A DNA stretch of 64,000 nucleotides from Aquificaceae bacterium (GCA_037925075.1 JAXSNR010000002.1:256001-320000), one strand, 5' to 3'. Positions 10,666-21,311 are shown, counted from the first letter of the stretch. The notes: generated by a model not told the origin, from the letters alone. A program made the numbers and translations.

Positions 10666-11856
10666 ATGAGAGTGATCCTTTTTTCAGGTAAAGGTGGTGT
10701 TGGTAAGACTACTATCTCTGCGGCAACAGCTTATAGGCTTTCTACCCTTGGCTACAAAACCATAGTTGTATCCCTTGACCCCGCCCACAGTTTGGGGGAT
10801 GCCTTTGACATACCAGAAGAGGAAAAGACCAAAGCCAAAGGACTACCTATAAGGATATCGGAAAATCTTTACATACAGGAAATAGACATCCAAGAGGAGG
10901 TGGATAGATACTGGGGCGACGTGTACAGGTTTTTGGAGCTTCTTTTCAACACCACTGGGCTAGATCAGGTGGTTTCCGAAGAGCTTGCCATACTTCCGGG
11001 TATGGAGGAGGTAACGAGCCTTCTATATGTGAACAAATACTACAAGGAGGGAGAGTTTGACGCACTGGTGCTTGACCTACCACCCACCGGTGAGTCTTTA
11101 CGTTTTGTTTCTATGCCTACGGTCCTTAAGTGGTACATGAAGAAGATATTCAACGTGGAAAGGACCATACTTAAGATGGCAAGGCCTGTGGCAAGGAGGT
11201 TTACAGATGTTCCTCTCCCGGACGATGAATACTTCAAGGCACTTGAGAACTTTTATGAGAAATTAAAGGGTGTAGATGAGCTCCTGGTAGATCCAGACAT
11301 AACCTCCGTCAGGCTGGTGGCAAACCCCGAAAAGATGGTGCTTAAAGAAAGTCAAAGGGCCTTTATGTATTTTAACCTTTTTGGGGTGAACGTGGATGCG
11401 GTGGTGGTTAACAAGGTTTTGCCTCCCTCCGTAGAGGGCTGTGAGCATTTTTCAAGATGGGTGCTCACGCAGAGAAAATACCTTGAGGACATACGGGCAC
11501 TTTTTTATCCGGTTCCCGTCTTTGCTGTCCCACTTATGGAGGATGAGGTGGTTGGTGAGGAAAGGCTAAAGGTCCTGTCGGACCTCATATACTACGATAC
11601 TGACCCCATAAGGGTATTTCACAGAGAAAAGCCCTACGAGTTTGTGGATCAAGATGGCCAATACATGGTAAAGCTTAGGGCTCACTTTTTAACAAAGGAT
11701 GGGCTGTCGGTTCTCAAAAGCGAGGGTGAGATAATAATCAGATGGAGGAACTTCAAAAGCCACATACTACTTCCCAGAAAGCTAAGGGACTACGAGCCTG
11801 TGGGTGCCAAGATTGAAGAGGGCTACCTAAAGGTTTTTCTCTCAAGAGCCTCCTAA
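10666..11856 (+). CDS. ArsA/GET3-family ATPase with C-terminal HSP20-like extension
   Basis: GKGGVGKTT P-loop, DPAHSL, LPGMEE, DLPPTG, NPEKMV; C-terminal beta-rich GAKIEEGYLKV; start taken at ATG 10666. Confidence 0.88.
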   Translation: MRVILFSGKGGVGKTTISAATAYRLSTLGYKTIVVSLDPAHSLGDAFDIPEEEKTKAKGLPIRISENLYIQEIDIQEEVDRYWGDVYRFLELLFNTTGLDQVVSEELAILPGMEEVTSLLYVNKYYKEGEFDALVLDLPPTGESLRFVSMPTVLKWYMKKIFNVERTILKMARPVARRFTDVPLPDDEYFKALENFYEKLKGVDELLVDPDITSVRLVANPEKMVLKESQRAFMYFNLFGVNVDAVVVNKVLPPSVEGCEHFSRWVLTQRKYLEDIRALFYPVPVFAVPLMEDEVVGEERLKVLSDLIYYDTDPIRVFHREKPYEFVDQDGQYMVKLRAHFLTKDGLSVLKSEGEIIIRWRNFKSHILLPRKLRDYEPVGAKIEEGYLKVFLSRAS

Positions 11857-12519
11857 AAACTCCCTTACTTTTCTTAGGTCTTCCACAAACTCCTTTTCCG
11901 CTCCAGGATTTCTGAGTATGTAGGCTGGATGGTAGGTAAGAAGGACCTTTATTTTTCTGTCGTAAGGGTACTCAAGGAATTGACCTCTGTGTTTGGTTAT
12001 GGGTATGGACTTTCCCAATATACCCTCAAGGGCTGTAGCTCCCAGACAGACTATAAGCCTTGGGCTTATTATCTCTATCTCCTTCCTCAGGTATGGTAGG
12101 CATGTTTGCATCTCTTTGGGAGTGGGCTTTCTGTTGCCGGGAGGTCTGGATTTTACCACGTTGGTTATGTATACCTCTTCGCGCCTGAGCCCTACCTCTT
12201 GAAGTTTTTGGTTGAGATACCTGCCCGCTCTTCCCACAAAGGGCCTTTTTAGTTGGTCTTCTTCTTCGCCGGGAGCTTCACCCACAAAAACCACAGGTGA
12301 ATAGGGATTGCCTTCCCCGAAGACATAGCCGTTGGCTCCTTCATAGAGAATACACTTTTTCTCTTGGGCAAGCCTTCTGTATAGGCTATCGAGTAGGTCC
12401 CTTTTGTCTATCTGTTGCTCCTTTGGTACCTCCTCTTTTTTAGTCTCTTGGAGAAAAAGAAGGTCAAAGCCTATGTACTCCAAGGCTCTTAAGGTTGCGT
12501 CAAGCCTTTTCTTATCCAT
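11842..12519 (-). CDS. Uracil-DNA glycosylase, family 4-like
   Basis: FGEGN, VGEAPG.EED...PFVG.AG, YITNVVK.RPP.NR.P, TYHPAY.LR. Confidence 0.92.
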   Translation of the reverse strand: MDKKRLDATLRALEYIGFDLLFLQETKKEEVPKEQQIDKRDLLDSLYRRLAQEKKCILYEGANGYVFGEGNPYSPVVFVGEAPGEEEDQLKRPFVGRAGRYLNQKLQEVGLRREEVYITNVVKSRPPGNRKPTPKEMQTCLPYLRKEIEIISPRLIVCLGATALEGILGKSIPITKHRGQFLEYPYDRKIKVLLTYHPAYILRNPGAEKEFVEDLRKVREFLGGS

Positions 12520-12533
12520 TGGAGATAATCACC

Positions 12534-12773
12534 TTACCTCTTAAAAAGGTCCTCCAACCAAGACCTCTCAAAGCATTTTGTCCCTTCTTCGTAGCTTTGG
12601 CTCTTTTCCAAACAAGCCCTTATGCCCTCAAGTCTTTTTATTCCAAGATTTTTACATACACCCCAGAAATACCTACAGTATTCCTTGTCCCTTAACGGGT
12701 TGCTTTCGCACCTTTGTCCTTCGGAAGCAAAGGCAAGATAAAGGGTAAAGAAAGGCAGAAGTACAAACCTCAT
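12534..12773 (-). CDS. Small Cys-containing hypothetical exported protein
   Basis: ATG 12773 overlaps the nuoF stop; signal-like MRFVLLPFFTLYLAFA, then 5 Cys in a 79 aa protein. Confidence 0.55.
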   Translation of the reverse strand: MRFVLLPFFTLYLAFASEGQRCESNPLRDKEYCRYFWGVCKNLGIKRLEGIRACLEKSQSYEEGTKCFERSWLEDLFKR

Positions 12774-14047
12774 ACTTCTACCTTTACTTGCCTTTTGTAC
12801 TTTTCCCAGTCTTGGGGGAACTTTTGCATGGTTTGGCGTATGAGCCTTCCTGCCACTGCTCCAAGCCCGCATATGGAGGTGGGCTGTATGTGTGAGTTTA
12901 CAAACTCAAAGCCTGCCCATTCCCTTTCATCAGCTTTATTGTGAAGTATCCTTTCAAGAAGATTTGCCTGTTCATGTGTGCCAACCCTGCAGGGTGTACA
13001 CTGCCCACAGCTTTCATGGGCATAAAACTCTGCAACCCACAGGCACGCCTGGACTATGTCATCTTCTTCCGTAAGCACTATGACGGTTCCTGTCCCGCCA
13101 AAGCCGAAGGGAGAGTAGTCCATGGGTGTGTCCAGTTCCTCTGCAGAAAAGCAATCGAGGGCTCCCGAGAAGACCGCCTTTACCTTTTTGTTCCCTATGG
13201 TACCGCCTGCGTACTTAAAGATAACCTCCCTTAGGGTGGTATTCATGGGAAGCTCATAAACCCCGGGCTTTTTAACTTTACCGCTAACTGGAAAGAGCTT
13301 TGGACCCGGGTAGTCGCTGGGTCCTATGTACCTATACTCTTCCCATCCCATGCCTACGATCAAAGGTATGTTGCACAGAGTTTCCACGTTGTTTACCACC
13401 GTTGGCCTGCCAAAGAGCCCATACTGGACAGGGAAAGGGGGCTTAATCCTTGGAAAGCCCCTTTTGCCCTCGAGGGATTCGATCAGAGCACTTTCTTCAC
13501 CGCATATGTAGGCACCTGCACCTCTTGCCACATATATCTCAAGGTCAAAGCCAGAGCCCAGTATGTTTTTTCCAAGAAAGCCCTTTTCCTTTGCGTCTTG
13601 TATGGCATCTTTGAGTATGTAGTAGCCTGCTGGGTATTCACCTCTTATGTATATAAAAGCCTCCTTTGCACCTATAGCGTAGGCGGATATTATCATGCCT
13701 TCTATCAGAAGATGTGGGTCCCTTTCTATGAGCACTCTGTCCTTGAAGGTGCCCGGCTCAGATTCGTCCGCGTTGCATATGAGGTATCTCGGAGCCGGGT
13801 TTTGCACTGCAAACTTCCACTTTCTTCCAGTGGGAAAGCCAGCACCACCTCTTCCTCTGAGCTGGCTTTTGTCCACCCAGTCTATTATTTCCTCGGGCTT
13901 CATGTTGAGGGCCTTCTCAAGTGCCTGATAGCCACCGTCTTTTAGGTATTCCTCTATGGTATGCACCCTTGGCTTTTTGGCCCTCTTTAGCAGTAGGTTT
14001 AGGGTTGTCTCCGCATATATTTCAGGTATAACGGGATAGGACCTCAT
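12770..14047 (-). CDS. nuoF: NADH:quinone oxidoreductase subunit F
   Basis: LRGRGGAGFPTG.KW, CNADESEPGTFKDR, GAGAYICGEE, ESCGQCTPCR...ICGLG; start taken at ATG 14047. Confidence 0.96.
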   Translation of the reverse strand: MRSYPVIPEIYAETTLNLLLKRAKKPRVHTIEEYLKDGGYQALEKALNMKPEEIIDWVDKSQLRGRGGAGFPTGRKWKFAVQNPAPRYLICNADESEPGTFKDRVLIERDPHLLIEGMIISAYAIGAKEAFIYIRGEYPAGYYILKDAIQDAKEKGFLGKNILGSGFDLEIYVARGAGAYICGEESALIESLEGKRGFPRIKPPFPVQYGLFGRPTVVNNVETLCNIPLIVGMGWEEYRYIGPSDYPGPKLFPVSGKVKKPGVYELPMNTTLREVIFKYAGGTIGNKKVKAVFSGALDCFSAEELDTPMDYSPFGFGGTGTVIVLTEEDDIVQACLWVAEFYAHESCGQCTPCRVGTHEQANLLERILHNKADEREWAGFEFVNSHIQPTSICGLGAVAGRLIRQTMQKFPQDWEKYKRQVKVEV

Positions 14048-14492
14048 GTAGCTTCTCCTTTGATTCAAACTTGTAGGTGTCGTTGTCTACCATAAAACAT
14101 GGTGCCTCTGAACAGGCACCTATACATTGAACTCCTATTAGCTTGAACCTTCCATCCTTTGTAACCTCTCCCAGTGATATACCAAGAAGCTCTCTTATAG
14201 CCTTTAGCACCTTGTTGGAATTCATAAGATTACACACCACACTGACGCATACCCTGATCCTATGTCTTGCGGGCTCTCCCCTGTCAAACATATCATAAAA
14301 GGAAACCACGTTCTCCACATGGTTGAGGGGAACTTCCAAAAGTTTAGCCACTTCCTCCAAGGCAAAGTAGGGAATATGACCATAATGGTCTTGGATTTCG
14401 TGAAGACACAAAAGAACTGCCTGTTCCTTTTTTGGAAAGTAATTTGCGTGCTCTGTTAGCTTCTGGATTAGCTCTTCTGGCATAATGCTCAT
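14022..14492 (-). CDS. nuoE: NADH:quinone oxidoreductase subunit E
   Basis: V.SFY.MF, C-x4-C (CVSVVC) and CIGAC 2Fe-2S ligands. Confidence 0.95.
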   Translation of the reverse strand: MSIMPEELIQKLTEHANYFPKKEQAVLLCLHEIQDHYGHIPYFALEEVAKLLEVPLNHVENVVSFYDMFDRGEPARHRIRVCVSVVCNLMNSNKVLKAIRELLGISLGEVTKDGRFKLIGVQCIGACSEAPCFMVDNDTYKFESKEKLHEVLSRYT

Positions 14493-15334
14493 CTGCCTTC
14501 CACCTCGTCGCTAAAAATTATCTCCGGCATGTTAGCTTTAATTATATTCCCTTCTATACCCATCTGTAGCAAAAGTCTTACCGCATGCCTACCATCTTTA
14601 CCATAATCAAGGGTTCTGTGGTTCACATACATACTTACAAACTCTTGGGTTTTGTTCATATCCTCCTTTATATCTCTTGCGTACTCTTTGGCAAAGCTAA
14701 GGGCTTCCTCCTTGTGCTTGAGGGCATACTCTATGCTTTTCTTCATCAACCTTTCCATCTTCCTTATGGTTTCCAAGCCTAAGTCCTTTCTTATAACATT
14801 ACATCCAAGGGGAAGGGGAAGACCTGTTTTTTCCATCCACCATTTACCAAGGTCTACAAAGCCTTTTAGCCCTCTGTCTTGGTAGCTTAGTTGTCCTTCG
14901 TGAATTACAAGACCTGCGTCAACCCTACCCTCCGCGACAGCATCCAGTACCTTGTCAAAAGGTATCACCACCTCCTCAAAGTCTGGTTCATAAAGCCTTA
15001 AAACAAGGTAGGCGGTGGTGAGCTTTCCTGGAACTGCAATCCTCTTACCCTTGAGGCTTTTTAGGTCTTCCCTTACCACCACCACAGGTCCGTAGCCTTC
15101 CCCCACACTTCCACCACTGGGAAGCACCAAGTATTTGTCCGCCACGTAGGGGTATGCATGGAAGGAAATGGCGGAAACCTCATAGGTGCCCTTTAGGGCT
15201 TCTCTGTTGAGGGTTTCAATATCCGCAAGCACGTGCTCTATCTGTATGCCCTCCGTGTCTACCTTGCCCGCGGTGAGGGCATAAAACATAAAGGCGTCAT
15301 CGGAATCTGGGCTATGTGCTATTCTTATTCTCAT
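14489..15334 (-). CDS. mqnD: MqnA/MqnD-family futalosine-pathway enzyme (1,4-dihydroxy-6-naphthoate synthase)
   Basis: AHSPDSDDAFMF, DIETLN, GYGP, IHEGQ, LPLPLG, YVN. Confidence 0.88.
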   Translation of the reverse strand: MRIRIAHSPDSDDAFMFYALTAGKVDTEGIQIEHVLADIETLNREALKGTYEVSAISFHAYPYVADKYLVLPSGGSVGEGYGPVVVVREDLKSLKGKRIAVPGKLTTAYLVLRLYEPDFEEVVIPFDKVLDAVAEGRVDAGLVIHEGQLSYQDRGLKGFVDLGKWWMEKTGLPLPLGCNVIRKDLGLETIRKMERLMKKSIEYALKHKEEALSFAKEYARDIKEDMNKTQEFVSMYVNHRTLDYGKDGRHAVRLLLQMGIEGNIIKANMPEIIFSDEVEGR

Positions 15335-16304
15335 GTCCCTTCTCCTTAAAAAGCTCAGGGAGTCTCAAAAGATAGGCATACAACCTTCTCCATTTAGACC
15401 ACTCCATGGCTGGGATCGCCCCTCCATAGGTTTTCCCTCCTTCAAGGTTCTTTGATACACCCGCTTTTGCAGAAACTACAACCCTATCACCTATCTCCAC
15501 ATGGTCCGCCACACCCACCTGCCCCGCCAAGATAACCCCCCTTCCAGTTTTAACGCTACCGGCGATAGCCACTTGGGATACTATGATGTTCTCCTCGCCT
15601 ATTTTGCAATTATGCCCAACCTGCACAAGGTTGTCTATCTTTGTATTTTTCCCAATGACCGTTTCATCTATTAAAGCCCTGTCTATGCAAGTGTTTGCGC
15701 CTATTTCCACATGGTCTTCTATAACAACCTTCCCAATGTGGTTTAGCTTAATGACCCCCTCAGGACCCACATAGTAGCCAAAACCGTCCGCACCTATCAC
15801 GGAGCCACTGTGAATTCTAACCCCTTCACCTATTATGCAATAAGGGTAAACATGAACTCCGCTAAACAACACGCTGTTTTTACCAATCTTTACCCCCTCA
15901 CCCACGTAGCAAAAGGGGTATATCTTTACCCCATCCTCAATCACTACCCCTTTGCCTACATAAGCAAAAGGTCCCACATAGACATCCTTTCCCATCTTTA
16001 CGCCCTCTTCTACGTGAGCCTTATGGGATATACCAGAGGGATGTTTTTCCACGCAAAGCTTGGAAAGGAAGGCCGCCATGGCAAGTTTTACATTCCTGAC
16101 CCTAACATAGGCGGGAAACTCTACCTCTTCAGAGACCACGAGAATCACATCCTCCTTTTTTAACTTTTCCGCCTGCCTTGCATCCTGAAGGAAGACTACA
16201 GTCCCACTCTTTGGGTTTTCTGGTGAGGATATGCCAAGCACTTCCTTATCTGGGTCGCCGTGCAATTGGCCTTCTAAAAGGTCCGCAAGCTCCTTGAGCT
16301 TCAT
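15312..16304 (-). CDS. lpxD: UDP-3-O-acyl-glucosamine N-acyltransferase
   Basis: Hexapeptide repeats, IGADGFGY, EIGANTCIDR, KIDNLVQVGHN; ATG 16304 overlaps the skp stop. Confidence 0.96.
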   Translation of the reverse strand: MKLKELADLLEGQLHGDPDKEVLGISSPENPKSGTVVFLQDARQAEKLKKEDVILVVSEEVEFPAYVRVRNVKLAMAAFLSKLCVEKHPSGISHKAHVEEGVKMGKDVYVGPFAYVGKGVVIEDGVKIYPFCYVGEGVKIGKNSVLFSGVHVYPYCIIGEGVRIHSGSVIGADGFGYYVGPEGVIKLNHIGKVVIEDHVEIGANTCIDRALIDETVIGKNTKIDNLVQVGHNCKIGEENIIVSQVAIAGSVKTGRGVILAGQVGVADHVEIGDRVVVSAKAGVSKNLEGGKTYGGAIPAMEWSKWRRLYAYLLRLPELFKEKGHENKNST

Positions 16305-16786
16305 TTCTGCTGGTCTAGTCTCTGGATTACCTCCGCGGTTATGTCTATTTCCGAAGACCTGTATATAAAGGCAGAGCAATCAAGAACCCCCGAAAAGCCT
16401 TGCTTCTTTGCTATGTCTTCCGATATGCTCCTTACCCTTGATACTATATCTTCTTCCATCTTGCCCTTTATCTCCGAAAGCTCCTTTTGAGCCTTTTGCT
16501 GAAGCTCCATACCAGTCGCTTCCAGTTTTTGGTATTCCTTTATCTTCTGCTCCCTTACATTCTGGGCTATTCCTTTGCTCTCTATCTGTTTTTTGAGCTC
16601 TTCCAGTTTTTTGTTTATCTGGTCAAGTTGTTTTTGATACTCTTCAACCCTTGTCTTTAGCTGGGCTTCTTTACCCTTCACAAGCTGTGATTCTGACAGT
16701 ATTCTGTTGGGGTCAACGCAGGCAAACTTCTGCTGAGCAAAGCTGAGGGTGGAGACAAGGAAAAGCAATAAAAGTCCTTTTTTCAT
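16301..16786 (-). CDS. skp: OmpH/Skp periplasmic chaperone
   Basis: Signal peptide, coiled coil, C-terminal DIT..VI; directly upstream of lpxD. Confidence 0.88.
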   Translation of the reverse strand: MKKGLLLLFLVSTLSFAQQKFACVDPNRILSESQLVKGKEAQLKTRVEEYQKQLDQINKKLEELKKQIESKGIAQNVREQKIKEYQKLEATGMELQQKAQKELSEIKGKMEEDIVSRVRSISEDIAKKQGFSGVLDCSAFIYRSSEIDITAEVIQRLDQQK

Positions 16787-16819
16787 ACTTTACCTCCTTC
16801 TAAAAATCATATCACAGGG

Positions 16820-18058
16820 TTAGACCGCCTCCCTCATTATGTAGGTGGGCTTAAGCTTATTTTTCACCACGTCCGCACTTACAAGCACCTTCTTTACATC
16901 ATGCATGGAGGGTATCTCAAACATCACATCCAGCATGATCTCTTCCACGATGGCTCTTAGACCCCTTGCCCCTGTTTTTCTTCTTATGGATTCTCTTGCT
17001 ATCTCCACGAGAGCATCTTCCGTAAATTCAAGCTCCACACCTTCCATCTCAAAGAGCTTTTTGTACTGCTTGACAAGGGCGTTCCTTGGCTCAACGAGAA
17101 CCCTTATGAGCTCTTCCTCCGTCAGCTCATCAAGAACCGCAACCACGGGAAGCCTGCCCACGAATTCCGGTATTAACCCATAATGGATCAGGTCATCCAC
17201 CTCCACATAGTGTAGGGGATTTTCTCCCTTGTCAAACTTCCTTATCTCCGCCTCAAAGCCCACCACAGACTTACCAAGTCTTCTTTTTACTATATCTTCA
17301 AGCCCCACAAAGGCACCACCGCATATGAAGAGTATGTCTGTGGTGTCTATCTGTATAAACTCCTGATGGGGATGTTTTCTTCCTCCCTGTGGTGGCACGT
17401 TGGAAACTGTCCCTTCTATTATCTTCAAAAGGGCTTGCTGAACACCTTCTCCAGAGACATCTCTTGTTATGGAGGGATTTATACCAGACTTTTTGGCGAT
17501 CTTGTCTATCTCGTCAATGTACACTATGCCCTTTTGGGCAGCCTTCACATCGTATCCACAATTCTGCAAAAGCCTTACGAGCACATTTTCCACATCCTCA
17601 CCCACATATCCTGCCTCCGTGAGGGTTGTGGCGTCCGATATGGCAAAGGGCACATCCAGTATTTTTGCAAGAGTTTTCGCCAAAAGGGTTTTGCCGGAGC
17701 CCGTGGGTCCTATTAGAAGTATATTGCTCTTTTCCACTTCCACATCATCAAGGCTAAAACCCAACTCCTTTGCCCTTATCCTTTTGTAGTGGTTGTACAC
17801 AGCCACAGAAAGAACCTTTTTTGCCCTTTCTTGACCTATCACATACTGGTCAAGCTGTCTTTTTATCTCCTCTGGGGTAGGTATTTCCTTGGATATGTGC
17901 TGGCTGAGCTGTTTTTTCTGGTCTTTTATTATGTTGTTGCATACCTCTACACAGCGGTCGCATATAAAGGTGTCGTTGGGTCCTGCTATGAGCACCAAGA
18001 CCTCGTTTTGAGACCTTCCACAAAAGGAGCAGTGGTTTTCAAGCCTTTTCTTTGACAT
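16820..18058 (-). CDS. clpX: ATP-dependent Clp protease ATP-binding subunit ClpX
   Basis: CSFCG zinc domain, [35 protein letters not shown]. Confidence 0.98.
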   Translation of the reverse strand: MSKKRLENHCSFCGRSQNEVLVLIAGPNDTFICDRCVEVCNNIIKDQKKQLSQHISKEIPTPEEIKRQLDQYVIGQERAKKVLSVAVYNHYKRIRAKELGFSLDDVEVEKSNILLIGPTGSGKTLLAKTLAKILDVPFAISDATTLTEAGYVGEDVENVLVRLLQNCGYDVKAAQKGIVYIDEIDKIAKKSGINPSITRDVSGEGVQQALLKIIEGTVSNVPPQGGRKHPHQEFIQIDTTDILFICGGAFVGLEDIVKRRLGKSVVGFEAEIRKFDKGENPLHYVEVDDLIHYGLIPEFVGRLPVVAVLDELTEEELIRVLVEPRNALVKQYKKLFEMEGVELEFTEDALVEIARESIRRKTGARGLRAIVEEIMLDVMFEIPSMHDVKKVLVSADVVKNKLKPTYIMREAV

Positions 18059-18059
18059 A

Positions 18060-18656
18060 TTAGCTCCTCTTTTCTATTACCTTATCCACTATGCCGTACT
18101 CCATGGCTTCATAAGCGGACATAAAGTAGTCCCTTTCCACATCCCTTTCAATCTTTTCCAAGGGTTGTCCCGTGTGCTTTGAGAGAATTTCGTTGAGCAT
18201 GTGTTTTATCCTCTTTATCTCCTCCGCGTGGATTATTATGTCCGTCGCCTGACCTGTTATGCCACCAAGTGGTTGGTGGATCATTATCCTTGAGTGTGGC
18301 AAGGCATACCTTTTGCCCTTGGCTCCGGCGGACAAGAGCACCGCACCCATTGAAGCAGCTTGACCAAGACATATGGTAATCACATCGGGCTTTATGTACT
18401 GCATGGTGTCGTATATTGCCATGCCAGCGGTCACCGAACCACCGGGGGAGTTTATGTACATGTATATATCCTTTTCGGGGTCCTGAGCTTCAAGGAAAAG
18501 AAGCTGTGCCACGATGAGGTTGGCTATGTGGTCATCTATGGGAAAGCCCAGTAGGACTATCCTGTCCTGAAGAAGCCTTGAGTATATGTCATAGGCCCTC
18601 TCGCCTCTGGGTGTTTGCTCAATGACTATGGGAACAAGCTGGTCAAGTATTTTCAT
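18060..18656 (-). CDS. clpP: Clp protease proteolytic subunit
   Basis: DIYSRLL, YINSPGG, GQAASM, MIHQP, ERDYFM. Confidence 0.98.
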   Translation of the reverse strand: MKILDQLVPIVIEQTPRGERAYDIYSRLLQDRIVLLGFPIDDHIANLIVAQLLFLEAQDPEKDIYMYINSPGGSVTAGMAIYDTMQYIKPDVITICLGQAASMGAVLLSAGAKGKRYALPHSRIMIHQPLGGITGQATDIIIHAEEIKRIKHMLNEILSKHTGQPLEKIERDVERDYFMSAYEAMEYGIVDKVIEKRS

Positions 18657-19929
18657 CCTTTTCCTCCTTTTCTTCCTTTACCACAACCTTTGAAAGTATA
18701 TCTTCAAAAGCCTTTTCCCTCCTTATGTCATCCTCAAGCACGGGAAGAAGGTTTTCTTTCTGTAGGAATTCCCTCATCTCCTCCGGTGTCTTTTCATAAG
18801 CCTGTGCCAGACCTTCTATTTTCTGCTGGATTTCCTCCGCGCTTACCTGAATATTTTTCTCCCGTGCGTACTTTTCTAATATGTATCTGAGCTTTATGTT
18901 AAAAACGGCCCTTGGCATAAGCTCCATGGCCATTGCCCTGTAGTCAAGATACTTGGGGTCTATTCCCCACTGAGAAAGCTCTCTGGTCCTGATTTCCACA
19001 AGATGTGAGATTTCCCTCTGCAGAAGAGTTTGCGGTACTTCAAACTCATGCAATTCAACAAGCTTTGTAGCTACCGCATCCGATCTCATAGCCTTTCTTA
19101 TGTTTTCCAGATCTGCCTTTACCTCCTCCCTTATCTTTTCTTCCGCCTCCGTCCAGGTTTCACCCAGTCCAAGCTCCTTTGCAAAATCGTCGTTGAGCTC
19201 CGGAAGCACCTTTTCCTTTACACTCTTGACCCTTATCTCAACCTTTGCCTTCCCAGCAGGTTTGCCCTCCACATCGTAAAGGGTAAGGTCCTCAAGCACA
19301 AAGCTATCTCCTTCCCTTTTGCCGATTAGCTCCTTTTCTATTTCTTCTCTAAAGGTCTTTGTGCCAATAACTCCAGAGGTCTCTCCTTCTGTGGTCTCAC
19401 CGCTCTCTAACTCTTCAACCTTGTAGTCTACGACCACCAGGTCTCCCTCTTTGACTTCCCTCTCTACTGGTTCCCAAAGGGCGTGCTCCTCCCTTATTTT
19501 TTCTATCCTCTCCTTTACCATGTCTTCGTTAAACTCAACCTTTTGTATCTGAACCTCAAGGCCTTCTAAGTTTTTAAGCTCAAACTCAGGGGGGACCTCA
19601 AAGGATACACTGTAGCTGAGTTTTTGCGTAGACTCTTCTAATTGGATGCCTTCAAGGTATATATCCGCAACAGGTTGCAGTCCACTTTCCTGTATGGCAC
19701 TTGCCAAGGTTGCATTTGCCACCCTTTTGCCCACTTCCTCTTGTATGTAGTCCCTAAACTTGGCTTTTATGACCCACAGGGGAGCTTTGCCTTTTCTAAA
19801 GCCCTCCACATCCACATTTTGCTTTAGGTAGTTGTACACCTCATCAAGGGCGGACATCACCACATCACCTTCCACTTCAACCCTAAGGCTTTTGAAAAGC
19901 CCTTGCTTGTCTTCTACTGTTATCTTCAT
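18643..19929 (-). CDS. tig: Trigger factor
   Basis: GFRKGKAP ribosome-binding motif; upstream of clpP; ATG 19929 with GGAGG. Confidence 0.95.
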   Translation of the reverse strand: MKITVEDKQGLFKSLRVEVEGDVVMSALDEVYNYLKQNVDVEGFRKGKAPLWVIKAKFRDYIQEEVGKRVANATLASAIQESGLQPVADIYLEGIQLEESTQKLSYSVSFEVPPEFELKNLEGLEVQIQKVEFNEDMVKERIEKIREEHALWEPVEREVKEGDLVVVDYKVEELESGETTEGETSGVIGTKTFREEIEKELIGKREGDSFVLEDLTLYDVEGKPAGKAKVEIRVKSVKEKVLPELNDDFAKELGLGETWTEAEEKIREEVKADLENIRKAMRSDAVATKLVELHEFEVPQTLLQREISHLVEIRTRELSQWGIDPKYLDYRAMAMELMPRAVFNIKLRYILEKYAREKNIQVSAEEIQQKIEGLAQAYEKTPEEMREFLQKENLLPVLEDDIRREKAFEDILSKVVVKEEKEEKDENT

Positions 19930-19947
19930 GCATACCTCCTGTATCTT

Positions 19948-20033
19948 TGGTGCGGGTGGAGGGAGTTGAACCCTCACGGGCTATGCCCACAGGATCCTAA
20001 GTCCTGCGCGTCTGCCAGTTCCGCCACACCCGC
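19948..20033 (-). tRNA. tRNA-Leu(TAG), CCA encoded
   Basis: GCGGGTG...GGCAGACGCG CAGGA-CTTAGGA-TCCTG, long variable arm, GGTTCAACTCC, CACCCGC-A-CCA. Confidence 0.96.
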
Positions 20034-20105
20034 TTAAGGATACAAAATTATAACCTGCTTTTTGTCAATTCAATGCCTTGTTAAAGTTATATATTTACAT
20101 AGACT

Positions 20106-21299
20106 ATGGAAAAGTTCTTAGAGTTGCCTTTAGACCTTGCCCAGAAGTGTGTAAAGTGTGGGTTATGTAAGTCTGTATGTCCCACCTATCCCTATGTGCA
20201 GGAAGAGGCTGGCTTTGCCCGTGGAAGGCTTGCCCTTGCGGAGATGGTGGTAAAGGGAGAGATGCCTCTGTCTGAGGAGGTTGCAAAGCAGTGGGACCAA
20301 TGTGCCATGTGTAGAAGGTGCGAGTGGATATGCCCAAACAACGTGGAGTACAAGGAGATTCTGGTTCACGCCAAAGATATGCAAAGACAAGACATGGGCT
20401 ATGGTATGGTAAAGAGCCTTGGCCTAAAGTCTTTGGAGCTACTGCAGTCAAGGGTGGGAAGAAGGGTGGTAAGGATGGTGGGAAAAATGCTTAGCCCCTT
20501 ACCCTTTGGAGAGATAAAGACACCCTTTCCTACAGGCGCGGTAAAGTTTATGCCAAAGCCCACCGCAGAGGCCTTTGGATTAAGGGGCAAAGTCTTTAAG
20601 GCTCGGGAGGAGAAGGGAAGGCTACTCTTTTTCACAGGCTGTATGATAGACGCCTTTTATGGAAAGACGGGTGAGAACGTAATAAGGCTCATGAACAAGG
20701 CAGGATACACGGTGATCGTCCCAGAGGATATAAAGTGCTGTGGTGCTCCTCACTACTACTCGGGAAACATACCTGCCTTTGAAAAGCTAAGAGAGCATAA
20801 CCTCAGAGAGATGGAAAAGTACCACTTTGATGCGGTGGTGGTTGCCTGTCCCACCTGTGGTGGAGCCTTGCAAGAAGACTACAAACTTCAAAAGCCCGTG
20901 TACGACTTTGCACAGATAGTCTTGGAGAGCTCCCTCAAGTTCAAGGGTTCTGGCAAAAGGCTTACCTTCCATGTTCCCTGCCACTCCTACAGTGCCATGA
21001 AAACCAGTGACACGGTCTTTTATGGGGTCATGGAAAGAATTGAGGGGGATGAGGTAAAAAGGGCAGAAAAGGACAAATCCTGCTGTGGCTTTGCTGGGCT
21101 CTTTTCCATAACAAATCCAAAGATGTCAGACCAAATACAAAGGGAAAAGATAGAGGACCTTCAGAAAACCCAAGCGGAAGTGGTGCTCACCACTTGCCCT
21201 GGCTGTGTCCTAAACCTAAGGGATGGAGTTAAAAAGCACCAAACTGGGCAAGAGGTCCTCCACCTTGCGGACTATCTGGCACAGGCTATGGAGGAGTGA
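20106..21299 (+). CDS. GlcF-like (Fe-S)-binding oxidoreductase subunit
   Basis: Two CxxCxxCxxxCP ferredoxin motifs and two CCG domains (CCGA...CPTC; CCGFAG...CPGC). Confidence 0.88.
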   Translation: MEKFLELPLDLAQKCVKCGLCKSVCPTYPYVQEEAGFARGRLALAEMVVKGEMPLSEEVAKQWDQCAMCRRCEWICPNNVEYKEILVHAKDMQRQDMGYGMVKSLGLKSLELLQSRVGRRVVRMVGKMLSPLPFGEIKTPFPTGAVKFMPKPTAEAFGLRGKVFKAREEKGRLLFFTGCMIDAFYGKTGENVIRLMNKAGYTVIVPEDIKCCGAPHYYSGNIPAFEKLREHNLREMEKYHFDAVVVACPTCGGALQEDYKLQKPVYDFAQIVLESSLKFKGSGKRLTFHVPCHSYSAMKTSDTVFYGVMERIEGDEVKRAEKDKSCCGFAGLFSITNPKMSDQIQREKIEDLQKTQAEVVLTTCPGCVLNLRDGVKKHQTGQEVLHLADYLAQAMEE

Positions 21300-21311
21300 T
21301 ATAATCCCAGT

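Noticed and set aside
19930..19977. N-terminal extension of trigger factor in the ORF track
   Set aside because: Overlaps tRNA-Leu; ATG 19929 has a GGAGG SD.
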